From the NCBI RefSeq assembly GCF_009914755.1, contig NC_060931.1: DNA of 64,000 bases; one strand, 5' to 3'. Below are positions 1-15,799 of this stretch, piece by piece (the stretch's first letter is position 1; each line of letters starts with the position of its first letter). Below the pieces are notes generated by a model. That model searched no databases. It was not told where the DNA came from and saw only the letters and a program-made list of their open reading frames with translations. The position numbers and the translations under genes are program-made. Source of the DNA: the human T2T-CHM13v2.0 reference genome, Homo sapiens.

Positions 1-2494
1 ACCTTTCCTTTCAGTCAGCACTTTGGAAACACTGTTTTTGTAGAAACTGAGAAAGGATATTTGGCAGCACATTGAGGCCCAAGGTGAGAAAAGAAATATC
101 TTCAGATAAAAAGTAGCAAGAAGCTTTCTGAGAAATGGCTTTGTGATGTGCTCATTCCTCTAACAGAGTTAAGCATTTCTTTGGATTCAACAGTTTGATA
201 ACACAGTTTTTGTTCATTCTTTGAAAGGAAGTTTGGTAGCTCTTTGTGGCCAATGGCAAAAAAGGGAATATCCCAGGATTAAAACTAGAAGGAAGCTATC
301 AGAGAAACCGTTTTGTGGTGTTTGCATTCATCTAGTAGAGTTAAAACTTTCTTTTCATTCAGCAGTTTGGAAACACTGTTTTTGTAGAAACTGCTAAAGG
401 ATATTTGGCAGTGCATTATGCTTATGCTGAAAAAGGAAATATCTTCTTCTAAAAAATAGGAAAAACCTTTCTGAAAAACTACTCTGTGATGTGTTCATTC
501 ATCTCACAGATTTAAACCTTTCTTTCGATTCAGCTGTTTGGAAACACTGTTTTTGTCCATTCTGCGAATGGACGTTTGGGAGCTCATTGAGGCCAGTGGT
601 GATAAAATGAATATCCCAGGATAAAAACTGGAAGGAATTTATCAGAGAAAGCAATTTGTGATGTGGGAATTCATCTCACAGAGTTAAACCTTTCTTTTCA
701 TTCAGCAGTTTGGAAACACTGATATCTTAGAATCTGCAAAGAGATATTTGGTAGCACCTTGAGGTCTACGGAGAAAAAGGTAATAACTTCAGATAAAAAC
801 TAGAAGGAAGCATCGATGAGAAACTGTTTTGGTATGTGTGCATTCATCACACAGAGTTAAACCTTTCTTTGGATTCAGCAGTTTCAAAACACTGTTTTTA
901 TCAATTCTGCGAATGGACATTTGGGACCTCATTGAGGCCAATGGTGAAAAAGTGAATATCCCAGGATAAAAACTACAAGAAGTTATGTGAGAAACGGATT
1001 TATGATGTGTGCATTCATCTCACAGAGACAAAACTGTTTTTTTCTTTCAGCAGTTTGGAAACACTCTTATCTTAGAGTCTGCAGAGAGATATTTGGAAGA
1101 GTATGGAGGCCTATGGTGAAAAAGGAAATATCTTCAGATAAAAACGAGAAAGAAGCTTTCTGAGAAACTGCTTTGTGATGTCTTCATTCACCTCACAGAG
1201 TTAAGTGTTTCTTTGGATTCAGAAGTTTGGAAACACTGTTTGTGTCCATTTTGCGAATGGATACTTGGTAGCTCATTGAGGCCAATGATGAAAGAGTGAA
1301 TATCCCTGGATAAAAACTAGAAGGAAGTTATCAGAGAAACCGATTTGTGATGTTTGCATTAATCTCACAGAGTTAAACCTTTCTTTTCATTCAGCAGTTT
1401 GGAAACACTGTTTTCTTAGAATCTGCGAAGAAATATTTGGTAGTGCATTGAGGCTTATGGTGACTAAGAAATATGTTCAGATAAAAACTACAAAGAATCT
1501 TTCTGAGAAACTTCTTTGTGATGTATTCTTTCATCTTACAGGCTTAAACCTTTGTCTGAAGAGAGTTAAAACTTTCTTTGGATTCAGTATTTTGGAAACA
1601 CTGTTTTTCTCCACTCTGTGTATGGACATTTGGGAGCTCATTGAGGCCAATGGCAAAAAAAAAGAATATACCAGGATAAAAACTGGAAAGAAGGTATCAG
1701 AGAAACCATTTTGTGATGTGTGCATTCATCTCACAGTGTTAAATATTTCTTTTCATTCAGGAGTTTGGAAACACTAGTTTCTGAGAATCTGCAAAGAGAT
1801 ATTTGGAAGAGTAATGAGGCCAATGGTGAAAAAGGAAATATCTTCAATTAAAAACTGGAAAGAAGTTTAATGAGAAACTGGTTTGGGATGTGTGTATTCA
1901 TCTCAGAGAGTTAAACTTTTCCTTGGAATGAGCAGTTTGATAACACAGTTTTTGTCCATTCTGTGAATGGACCTTGGGAGCTCATTGACACCAAGGGCAA
2001 ATAAGTGAATATCTCAGGATTAAAACTGGAAGGAAATGACCTGAGAAACTGCTTTGTGAAGTGTGCACTCATCTTGCAGAGATAAACTTTTCGTTTCATT
2101 CAGGAGTTTGGAAACACTGTATTTTAGAAAGTGTGAAAGGATATTTGGCAGAGCGTTGAGGCCCATGGTGAAAAAGGAATTATCTTAAGAAAAAACTAGA
2201 AAGAACATTTCTGAGAAACTGCTTTCTGATGTGTGCATTCATTTCAAGAGTGAAATGTTTCTTTGGATTCAGCATTTTGGAAACACTCTTTTTGTAGAAT
2301 CTGTAAAAGGATATTTGGGAGTTCTTTGAGGTCAATGGTGGAAAAGTGAGTATCCCAGGATAAAAACTAGAAGGAAGGTATTTGAGATAGTGCTTTGTGA
2401 TGTGTGCATTTATCTCACCCAATTAAACCTTTCTTTTCATTCAGCAGTTTGGAACTGCTGGAACTCCAGGATCAAAACTAGATGGAATCTATTT
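1..2494 (+). repeat. Alpha satellite, diverged, dimer-like alternation of A-type monomers
   Basis: ~171-bp periodic motif (TGAGAAACTGCTTTGTGATGTGTGCATTCATCTCACAGAGTTAAAC...TTCAGCAGTTTGGAAACAC). Monomers alternately end ...GGAAATATCTTCAGATAAAAACTAGAAAGAAG and ...GAATATCCCAGGATAAAAACTAGAAGGAAG. Confidence 0.98.
1111..1127 (+). promoter_or_regulatory. pJ-alpha box (representative copy; recurs in about every second monomer)
   Basis: CTATGGTGAAAAAGGAA is the reverse complement of TTCCTTTTYCACCRTAG, the A-type monomer box. No YTTCGTTGGAARCGGGA CENP-B box was noticed in the window. Confidence 0.8.
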
Positions 2495-3133
2495 TTTTTA
2501 TTATACTTTAAGTTTTAGGGTACATGTGCACATTGTGCAGGTTAGTTACATATGTATACATGTGTCATGCTGGTGCGCTGCACCCACTAACTCGTCATCT
2601 AGCATTAGGTATATCTCCCGATGCTATCCCTCCCCCCTCCCCCCACCCCCCCAACAGTCCCCAGAGTGTGATATTTCCCTTCTTGTGTCCATGTGATCTC
2701 ATTGCTTAATTCCCACCTATGAGTGAGAATATGCGGGGTTTGGTTTTTTGTTCTTGTGATAGTTTACTGAGAATGATGATTTCCAATTTCATCCATGTCC
2801 CTACAAAGGACATGAACTCATCATTTTTTATGGCTGCATAGTATTCCATGGTGTATATGTGCCACATTTTCTTAATCCAGTCTATCATTGTTGGACATTT
2901 GGGTTGGTTCCAAGTCTTTGCTATTGTGAATAATGCCGCAATAAACATATGTGTGCATGTGTCTTTATAGCAGCATGATTTATAGTCCTTTGGGTATATA
3001 TCCAGTAATGGGATGGCTGGGTCAAATGGTATTTCCAGTTCTAGATCCCTGAGGAATCGCCACACTGACTTCCAGAATGGTTGAACTAGTTTACAGTCCC
3101 ACCAACAGTGTAAAAGTGTTCCTATTTCTCCAC
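2495..3133 (-). mobile_element. 5'-truncated LINE-1 (L1PA2/L1PA3-like), ~640 bp: ORF2 C-terminus, 3'UTR and short poly(A)
   Basis: ORF 2706-3065 matches the L1 ORF2p C-terminus (...WNQPKCPTMIDWIKKMWHIYTMEYYAAIK...SLIGGN). The 3'UTR has the GAG (not ACA/ACG) diagnostic, so it is not L1HS. Perfect TSD GGAATCTATTT at 2484-2494 and 3134-3144. Confidence 0.95.
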
Positions 3134-3963
3134 GGAATCTATTTGAGCAACTGATATCGATGTGGGCATTCTTCTCGCTGAGTTAAAACCTTCTTTTCAT
3201 TCAACAGTCTGGAAACAGTGCTTTGGCAGAATCTGCTAAGGGATATTTAGGAGGGCATTGAGACCTATGGCAAAAAGTGAAATACCTTCTGATAAAAACT
3301 AGAAAGAAACTTTCCAAGAAACTGCATTGTGATCTGTGCATTCATATCACAGAGTTAAAGCTTTCTGTGGATTCAGCAGTTTGAAACACTATTGTAGAAT
3401 TTGCAAATGGATATTTGGGAGCTTATTGAGTCCAATGGTGAAAAAGGGTATATCCCAGTATAAAAACTTGAAAGAAGCTATCTGAATAACTGCTTTGTGA
3501 TGTGTGCATTCACCTTGTAAAGTTAAAATGTTCTATTCATGCAGCAGTCTGGAAACACTGTCTTGGCAGAATCTGCAAAGGGATATTTTGAGCACATTGA
3601 GGCTTATGGTGAAAAAGGAAATATCTTCAGATAAAAACCATGAAGATGCTTTCTGAGAAACTGCTTTATGATGTGTGCATTCATTTCACAGAGTTAAACC
3701 TTTCTTTGGAATCAGCTATTTGGAAACGCTGTTGATGTAGAATCTTTGAAGGGATATTTCAGAGCTCTTTGAGACCAATTGTGAAAAAGTGAATATTCTA
3801 TGATAAAAATTAGAAGAAAGCTATTTGAGAAACTGCTTTGTGATGTGTGCCTTCATCTTGCAGAGTTAAATCTTTCTTTTCATTCAGCAATTTGGAAACA
3901 GTGTTTTCATAGAATCTGTGAAGGGATATCTGGGAGTGCATGGAGACCTACGGAGAAGAAGGA
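3134..3963 (+). repeat. Alpha satellite
   Basis: Monomer register resumes exactly after the L1 TSD. Confidence 0.97.
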
Positions 3964-4257
3964 GACTGGGTGCCGTGGCTCATGCCTGTAATCCCAGCAC
4001 TTTGGGAGGCTGAGGCAGCAGATCTCAAGGTCAGGAGATCGAGACCATCCTGGCTAACATGGTGAAACCCCGTCTCTACTAAAAATAGAAAAAATTAGCC
4101 AAGCATGGTTGTGGGAACATGCAGTCCCAGCTACACGGGAGGCTGAGGCAGGAGAATGGCATGAACTGGGGAAGTGGAGATTGCACTGAGTCAAGATCAC
4201 CCCCTGTACTCCAGGCTGGGTGACAGAGCAAGACTCCATCTCAAAAAAAAAGAAAAA
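3964..4257 (+). mobile_element. Alu SINE, AluY-like but heavily diverged
   Basis: Dimeric Alu with mid A-rich linker and A tail. Y-type segments GAGATCGAGACCATCCTGGCTAAC and GGAGAATGGC. Imperfect TSD AGAAGAAGGA (3954-3963) / AGAAAAAGGA (4258-4267). Confidence 0.95.
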
Positions 4258-4953
4258 AGAAAAAGGAAATAATCTTCAGATAAACACTAGAAAGAAACTT
4301 TCTGAGAAACTGTTTTGTGATCTGTGCATTCATATCACAGAGTTAAAACTCTCTGTGGATTCAGCAGTGTTCAGACACTGTAGTAGAATATGCAAATGGA
4401 TATTTGGGAGCTCATTGAGGCCAATTGCAAAAAAGGGGATATCCCAGGATAAAAACTAGAAAGAATCTATTGGAGAAACTGGTTTGTGATGTGTGCATTC
4501 ACCTCGCAGACTTAAAATATTCTTTTCTAACAGCAGTCTGGACACACTGTGTTGGCAGAATCTGTGAAGGGATATTTGGGCATGCATAGGGGCTTATGTT
4601 GAAAAAGGAAATTTCCTCAGATAAAAACAAGAAAGAAGCTTTCTGAGAAACTGCTTTGTGATGTGTGCATTCATCTCACAGAGTTAAATATTTCTTTGGA
4701 TTCAGTAATTTGGAAACACTGTTGTTGTAGAATCTGTTAAGGGATATTTCAGAGCTCATTGAAGCCAATGGTGAAAAAGTGAATGTCCCAATATAAAGAC
4801 CAGAATGAAGCCATTTGAGAAACTGTTTTGTGATGTGTGCAATCTTCTCGCATACTTAAACCTTTCTTTTCATTCAGCAGGTTGGATACACTGTTTTCGT
4901 AGAATCTGCAAAGAGCTATCTGGGAGTGCATTCAGACCTATTGTGAAAAACGA
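4258..4953 (+). repeat. Alpha satellite (4 monomers between the two Alus)
   Basis: Four ~171-bp monomers. Confidence 0.97.
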
Positions 4954-5242
4954 GGCCAGGCACAGTGGCTCACACCTGTAATCCCAGCACTTTGGGAGGC
5001 TGAGTGGAAGTATCACAAAGTCAGGAGATCAAGACCATCCTGACTAACTCAGTGAAACCCCATCTGTACTAAAAATAGTAAAAAATAGCCGAGCTTGCTC
5101 ACGGGTGCCTGCAGTCCCAGCTACACAGAAGTCTGAGGCAGGAGAATGCCCTGTACCAGTGAAGTAGAGCTTGCAGTGAGCCGAGATTACCCCACTGCAC
5201 TCCAGCCTGGGTGACAGAGCAAGACTCCATCTCAAAAAAAAA
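4954..5242 (+). mobile_element. Alu SINE, AluY-like, diverged; probable duplicate of the 3964 Alu
   Basis: Full Alu body from GGCCAGGCACAGTGGCTCAC to GACTCCATCTC plus A tail. Y-type GAGCTTGCAGTGAGCCGAG. Same position within the monomer as the first Alu. Confidence 0.95.
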
Positions 5243-8200
5243 GAAGAAAGAAATATCTTCAGATAAACACTAGAAAGAAGCTTTCAGAGAAACTACTTTG
5301 TGATCTTTGCTTTCATGTCACAGAGTTACAACTTTCTGCGGAGTCAGCAATTTGAAAACACTGTTTTTTTCCATTCTGCAAATGAACATTTTGGAGCTCA
5401 TCAGGGTCAATGGCAAAAAAGAGAATATCCAGGATAAAAACTAGAAGGAAGCTATCTGAGAAACCGCTTCATGATGTGTGCATTCATCTCACAAAGTTAA
5501 AACATTTTTTTTTTTTCTGACAGCAGTCAGGAAACACTGTTTTGGCAGAACCCATGAAGGGATGTTTGGGAGCACATTGAGGCCCATGGTGAAAAACAAA
5601 ATATCTTCAGATAAAAACTACAAAGAAGCATTCTGAGAAACAGCTTTGTGACGTGTGCATTCATCTCACAGAGTTTAACCTGTTTTTGGATTCAGCATTT
5701 TGAAAACACAGTTGTTGTAGAATCTGCAAATGGACATTTGGGAGCTATTTGAGGTCAATGGTGAAAAGACGAATATCCCAGGTTAAAAACTAGAAGGAAT
5801 CTATGTGAGAAACTGCTTTGTGATGTGTGAATTAATCTCACATAATTAAACCTTTCTTTGATACAGCACTCTGGAAACACTGTTTTCGTAGAATTTGTGA
5901 AGGGATATCAGGGAATGCATTGAAGCCTGTGGTGAAAAAGGAAATGTCTTCAGATAAAAACTAGAAAGAAATTTCTCAAAAACTCCTTACTGATGTGTGC
6001 ATTCATTTCACAGAGTGACTTTTTTTTTATTCAGCAGTTTGGAATCACTGTTGTTGTAGAATCTGAGAAAGGGTATTTGGGAGCTCTTTGAGGTCAATGG
6101 TGAAAAAACCAATATCCCAATATGAAAACTAGAATGAAGGTATTTGAGAAACTGCTTTGTGATGTGTGCATTCACCTTGCAAAATTAAACCTTTATTTTC
6201 ATTCAGCAGTTTGTGAACAGTGTTTTCCTAGAAGCTGCAAAATGATATATGGGAGTAATTTGAGGCCTATGGTAAAAAACAAAATATCTTCAGAAAAAAA
6301 GTAGAAAGATTTCTGATAAACTGCTTTGTGATAAGTGCATTCACCTCACAGAGTTAAATGATTCTGTGAATTCAGCAGTTTGAAAACACTGTTGTAGAAT
6401 CTGTGAAGGAATATTTGGGAGCTCTTTGGAACCAATGGCCAAAAAGCCAGTATCCAAGAATAAAAACTGGAAGGAAGCCATCTGAGAAACACCTTTGTGA
6501 TGTGTGCATTCACCTCACAGAGTAAAACTTACTTTTCATTCAGCAATCTGGAACCACTGTTCTGGAAGAATCCCTGAAGGGATATTTGGGAGCACAATGA
6601 GGCCTATGGTGAAAAAGGAAACACCTTCAGATAAAAACTAGAAAGAAGCTTTCTGTGAAACTGCTTTGTGATGTGTGCATTGAAATCACAGAGTTAAACA
6701 TTTCTGTGTATTCAGCAGTTTGCAATTGATGTTTCTGTACTTTTTGCAAATGGACATTTGGGAGCTCATTGAAGTCAATGGCAAAAAAAAATCCCAGGAT
6801 AAAAACTAGAAGGAAGCTATTTGAGAAACAGCTTTATGATGTGTTCATTTATCTCACGGGGTTAACCCTTTCTGTGGAATCAGCAGTTTGGAAACACTGT
6901 GTTTGTCCATACTGCAAATGGACAATTGGGATCTCATTGAAGCCAAAGGCAAAAAAGGAAATATCCCAGGATAAAAACTAGAAAGAAGCTATCTGAGAAA
7001 CTGCTTTGTGATGTGTGCATTCAGCTTGCAGAGTTAACACTTTCTTTTCATACAGCTGTCTGGAAACACTGTTTTGGCAGAATCCATGAAGGGATATTTG
7101 GGAGCACATTGAGACCTATGGTGAAAAAGGAAATATCTTCATATAAAAACTAGAAAGAATTTTCTGAGAAACAGCTTTGTGATGTGCGCATTCATCTCAC
7201 AGAGTTAAACCTTTCTTTTGATTCAGCAGTTTGGAAACACTGTTATTGTTGAATCTGTGAAGGGATATTTGAGAGCTCATTTAGACCAATGTTGAAAAAG
7301 TCAATATTCCAGGATAAAAACTAGAAGCAAGCCATCTGAGAAACAGCTTTTTGTTGTATGCATTCACCTCACCAAAGTAAAAGTTACTTTTCTTTCAACA
7401 ATCTGGAAACACAGTTCTGGGAGAATCCCCGAAGGGTTATTTGGAAGCGCATTGAGGCCTATGTTGAAAAAGGAAGTATCTTCAGATAAAAACTATAAAG
7501 AAACTTTCTGAGAAATGGCTTTGTGATATGTGCATCCATCTCAAAGAGTTAAGCCTTTCTTTGGATTCAGCATTTTGGAAATGCTGTTGTTGTAGAATCT
7601 GTGAAGGGATATGCGGGAGTTCATTGAAGCCAATGGCGAAGAAGTGAATATCCAAGGATAAAAACTAGAAGAAAGCTTTTGAGAAACTGGTTTGCGATGT
7701 GTGCATTCATCTCATAGAGTTAAACCTTTCTTTTCATTGAGCACCTTGGAAACACTGTTTTTGTGGAATCTGTGAAGTGATATTTGGGAGTGGTTTGAGG
7801 CCTATGGTGAAAAAGGAAGTACCTTCAGAAAAAAATTAGAAAGAAGCTTTCTGAGAAACTGCTTTGTGAGGCATGCACTCACCTCACAGAGATAAACCAT
7901 TCTGCAGATTCAGCAGTTTGAAAACACTGTTGTTGTAGAATCTGTGAAGGAATATTTGGGAGCCCTTTGAGGCCAATGGCAAAAAAGCCAGCATGCCAGG
8001 ATAAAAACTAGAAGGAAGCTAACTGAGAAACAGCTACATGATGTGTGCATTCACCTCACAGAAGTAAAACTTACTTTTCCTTCAGAAATCTGGAAACACT
8101 GTTCTGGCAGAATCCCTGAAGTGATATTCAGGAGTGCATTGAGGCCTATGGTGAAAAAGGAAATATCTTCCAATAAAAACTAGAAATAAGCCTTCTGAGA

Positions 8201-9958
8201 AACTACTTTGTGATGTGTGCATTCATCGCAAAGAGATAAACGTTTCATTGGTTTCAGCAGTTGGAAAAACACTGTTGTTGTAGAATCTACATAGGGACGT
8301 TTGGGAGCTCATTGAGGCTAATGGCAAAAAAGCGAATATCCCAGGATAAAAACCAGAAGAAAGCTATTTGAGAAAGCATCTTGTGATGGGTGCATTCAAC
8401 TTGCAGAGATAAACATTTCTTTTTATTCAGCAGATTGGAAACACTCTTTTGGCAGAAACCCCAAAGTGAATATCTTGGAGGACATTGAGGCCTATGGTGA
8501 AAAAGGAAATACCTTCAGATGAAGACAAGAAAGAAGCATTCTGAGGAACTGCTTTGTGATGTGTGCATTCATCTCACAGAGTTAAACATTTGTTTTGATT
8601 CAGCAGTTTGGAAAATACTCTTTTTGTGGAATCTACAAAGGAATATTTGATAGCTCATTGATACCATAGGTGAAAAGCGAATATCACAGAAAAAAAAAAC
8701 TAGAAAGAAGCCATCTGAGAAACTGCTTTGTGATGTGTGCAGTCATCTCACAGAGGTAAACCTTTCTTTTCATTTAGCACTTTGGAAACACTGTTTTTGT
8801 GAATCTGCGAAGAGATATTTAGGATCGCATTGAGGCCTATGGTGAAAAAGGAAATATCTTCAGATAAGAAAGAAGCTTTCTGAGAAACTCCTTTTTGATG
8901 TGTGCATTCATCTTACAGTGTTAAACCTCTTTGCATTCAGCAGTTTGGAGATACTGTTTTTGTAGAATCTGCTAAGGGATATTTCATAGCTCAATGAGGC
9001 CATAAGGGAAAAAGTGAATATCCCAGTATACAAACTAGAAGGAAGCTATCTGAGAAACCACTCTGTGATGTGTGCATTCATCTCGTAGAGTTAAACGTTT
9101 CTTTTTCTTCAGCAGTTTGGAAACACGATTTTTATAGAATCTGAGAAGGGATATTTGGGAACGTATTGAGGCCTATGGTGAAAAAGGAAATATCTTCAGA
9201 TAAAAACTAGAAAGAAGCTTTCTGAAAAACAGCTTTGTGTTGTGCACATTCATAACACAGAGGTAAACGATTCTTTGGATTCAGCAGTTTGGAAAGACTG
9301 TTTTTGTCCTTTCTGCAAATGGACATTTCAGAGCTCATTGAGGCCACTGAGAAAAACATATATCCCAGGATAAAAACTAGAAGGAAGCTCTCTGAGAAAC
9401 TGGTTTGTGATTTGTGCATTCTTCTCACAGAGTTAAAGCTATCTTTTCATTCAGCAGTTTGGAAACACGTTTTTGTAGAATTTAATAAGGTATATTGGGA
9501 GCTCATTGAGGCCAACACGGAAAAAGCATATATCCCAGGATAAAAACTAGAAGAAAGTTCCTAGAAACCCATTTGTGATGTGTGCATTCACCGTGCACAG
9601 TTACACCTTTCCTTTCATTCATCAGCTTGGAAACACTGTTTTGTTAGAGTCTGTGAAGAGATATTTGGGAGCACATTGAGTCCTATGGTGAAAAAGGAAA
9701 TATTGTCAGATAAAAACAATAAATAAGCTTTCTGAGAATCTGCTTTGTGACGTGTGAATTCTTCTCACAGAGTTAAACCTTTCTTTATATTTAGCAGTTT
9801 GGAAACACTGTTTTTGTCCACTTTGCTAATGGACATTTGTGAGCTCATTAAGGCCAATGGTGAAAAAGCCAATATTCCAGGATAAAAAACAGAAGGAAGC
9901 TATTGGAGAAACTGCTTTGTGATGTGTGCGTTCATCTTGCAGAGTTAAATATTTCTTT
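5243..9958 (+). repeat. Alpha satellite
   Basis: ~171-bp monomers with dimer-like alternation, ending mid-monomer at AGAGTTAAATATTTCTTT. Confidence 0.98.
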
Positions 9959-9968
9959 ACTTTTTTGA

Positions 9969-10000
9969 TTTATTTATTCGGTTTATTTCATTCATTTATT
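9969..10000 (-). terminator. Cluster of AATAAA polyadenylation signals ending the read-through transcript
   Basis: TTTATT on + at 9969-9974, 9973-9978, 9982-9987 and 9995-10000. The 9982-9987 copy lies ~16 nt before the A tract. Confidence 0.6.
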
Positions 10001-10075
10001 CATTCATATATTCATTTAATCAACAAATGTATATTGAGCACTTACTATGTGCCAGGCTCTCTGTAAGTGTTGGGT
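9985..10075 (-). mobile_element. LINE-2 3'-end fragment
   Basis: TTCATTCATTTATTCATTCA...CAACAAATGTATATTGAGCACTTACTATGTGCCAGGC matches the reverse complement of the L2 3' terminus (ATTCATTCAACAAATATTTATTGAGCACCTACTATGTGCCAGGC). Confidence 0.8.
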
Positions 10076-10904
10076 TGCTGCTGGGTCTCACTTCTACCAC
10101 AAAGTTGGAAAACACAAAAACTCTGGTAGAGAAGTATTCTACCTCAGCCTGTCTCTGTAATAGTAGACATAACAGAAGCTAAATTTAAAAAGAGAACTCT
10201 AGAGATATTCTCTACCTACTATTCTCATGCTCTGAAGCCCAGGAAGAACAAGGGACAACATCTAAAAATTTTCTATGTCCCTGAGAAAAAGGTGTGATAG
10301 TGGCTGATTGTAGGAGATGGCCCCTGGAGTAGCATCATAATAAGGATGAATGGAGAGGCTATTGTAAACAGTATGAATTTAGTTAGCAGAGTACGAAAGG
10401 GGAAGAGGACATTTTAGTGTACTGCAGTAAGTGTCAGTTCCAGTCACCAAAGATGTTAATGGTGACTATATTTTTCAACAGAAGTCAGCATGCATGGATG
10501 CAATAAACCATGGACACATTAACCTCTTCCCTGAAGCCAGAATGACAAGGCTCTACCCCTGTGGAATTTAGATCAAAGGTCTGAGGAGAAGAAAATAAGT
10601 GAAAAGGAAGGACCTTGAAGTCACTAAGTAGAAACGTAGAATTGAGCAAACTTAAATCATAAAGTGAATGATTGCTCTGAAAGTGACAGTGTTTTTTTTT
10701 TATTATACTTTAAGTTCTAGGGTACATGTGCACAATATGCAGGTTTGTTACATATGTATACATGAGTCATGATGGTGTGCTGCACCTATTAACTCGTCAT
10801 TTTCATTAGGCATATCTCCTAATGCTATCCCTCCACCCTCCCCCCACCCCATGACAGGCCTGCATTGTGATGTTCCCCTTCCTGTGCCCAAGTGTTCTCA
10901 TTGT

Positions 10905-14721
<3,817 letters not shown>

Positions 14722-14784
14722 TATGATGTTATCTGATTATTTTGCTCGTTAGTTGATGCAGTTTCTTCTTAGTACTGATGGTCT

Positions 14785-15799
14785 TTACAATTTGCCATGT
14801 TTTTGCAGTGGCTGGTACCGGTTGTTCCTTTCCATGTTTAGTGCTTCCTTCAGGTGCTCTTGTAGGGCAGGCCTGGTAGTGATGAAGTCTCTCAGCATTT
14901 GCTTGTCTGTAAAGGATTTTATTTCTCCTTCACTTATGAAGTTTAGTTTGGCTGGATATGAAATTCTGGTTTGAAAATTCTTTTCTTTAAGAATGTTGAC
15001 TATTGGCCCCCAGTCTCTTCTGGCTTGTAGAGTTTCTGCCAAGAGATCAGCTGTTAGTCTGATGGGCTTCCCTTTGTGGGTAACACAACCTTTCTCTGTG
15101 GCTGACCTTAACACTTTTTCCTTCATTTCAACTTTGAGGAATCTGTCAATTATGTGTCTTGTGGTTGCTCTTCTCGAGGAGTATCTTTGTGGCATTCTCC
15201 TTATTTCCTGAATTTGAATGTTGTCCTGCCTTGCTAGGTTGGGGAAATTCTCCTGGATAATATCCTGCAGAGTGTTTTCCAACTTGGTTCCATTCTCTCT
15301 GTCACTTTCAGGTACACCAATCAGATGTAGATTTGGTTTTTTCACATAGTCCCATATGTCTTCGAGACTTTGTTCATTTCTTTTCACTCTTTTTTTCTCT
15401 AAGGTAATCTTCCTGCTTCATTTCATTCACTTTATCTTCAATCACTGATACCCTTTCTTCCAGTTGATGAAATTGGTTACTGAAGCTTGTGGATTCATCA
15501 AGTAGTTCTCGTGCAGTGGTTTTCAGCTCCATCAGGTCGTTTATGGGCTTCTTTACAAGGGTTATTCTGGATAGCCATTCTTCTAATGTTTTTTCAAGGT
15601 TTTTAGCTTCTTTGCAATGGGTTCGAACTTCCTCCTTTAGCTCAGAGAAGTGTGATCATCTGAAGCCTTCTTCCAACTCACCAAAGTCATTCTCCATCCA
15701 GCTTTGTTCCATTGCTGGCAAGGAGCTGCATTCCTTTGGAGGGGGAGAGGTGCTCTGATTTTTAGAATTTTCAGCTTTTCTGCTCTGTTTTTTCCCCAT
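14785..15799 (-). pseudogene. L1 ORF1 (RNA-binding chaperone), disrupted
   Basis: MGKKQSRKAENSKNQSTSPPPKECSS N-terminus (ATG at 15797-15799) and a 200-aa C-terminal part (..LENTLQDIIQENFPNLARQ..ISYPAKL..). The reading frame is interrupted between them. Confidence 0.95.

Larger units (their letters stand above)
9959..10691 (-). other. Non-satellite segment (~730 bp), probable L1 3' transduction
   Basis: Non-alphoid DNA between the L1 poly(A) (10692-10701) and a second short A tract (T-run 9961-9966). Minus-strand AATAAA motifs lie just upstream of that tract. Confidence 0.85.

Noticed and set aside
2495-3133. Active or human-specific L1HS-Ta insertion
   Set aside because: It carries the GAG rather than ACA/ACG diagnostic, has several substitutions and a very short tail, and is 5'-truncated.
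4054-5235. ORFs 4054-4239 and 5044-5235 ([12 protein letters not shown]..., [15 protein letters not shown]...)
   Set aside because: Typical antisense-Alu translations.
10080-10670. Possible exon or processed-gene fragment in the transduced DNA
   Set aside because: No ORF of 60 aa or more and nothing I recognise. Its identity needs a database search.
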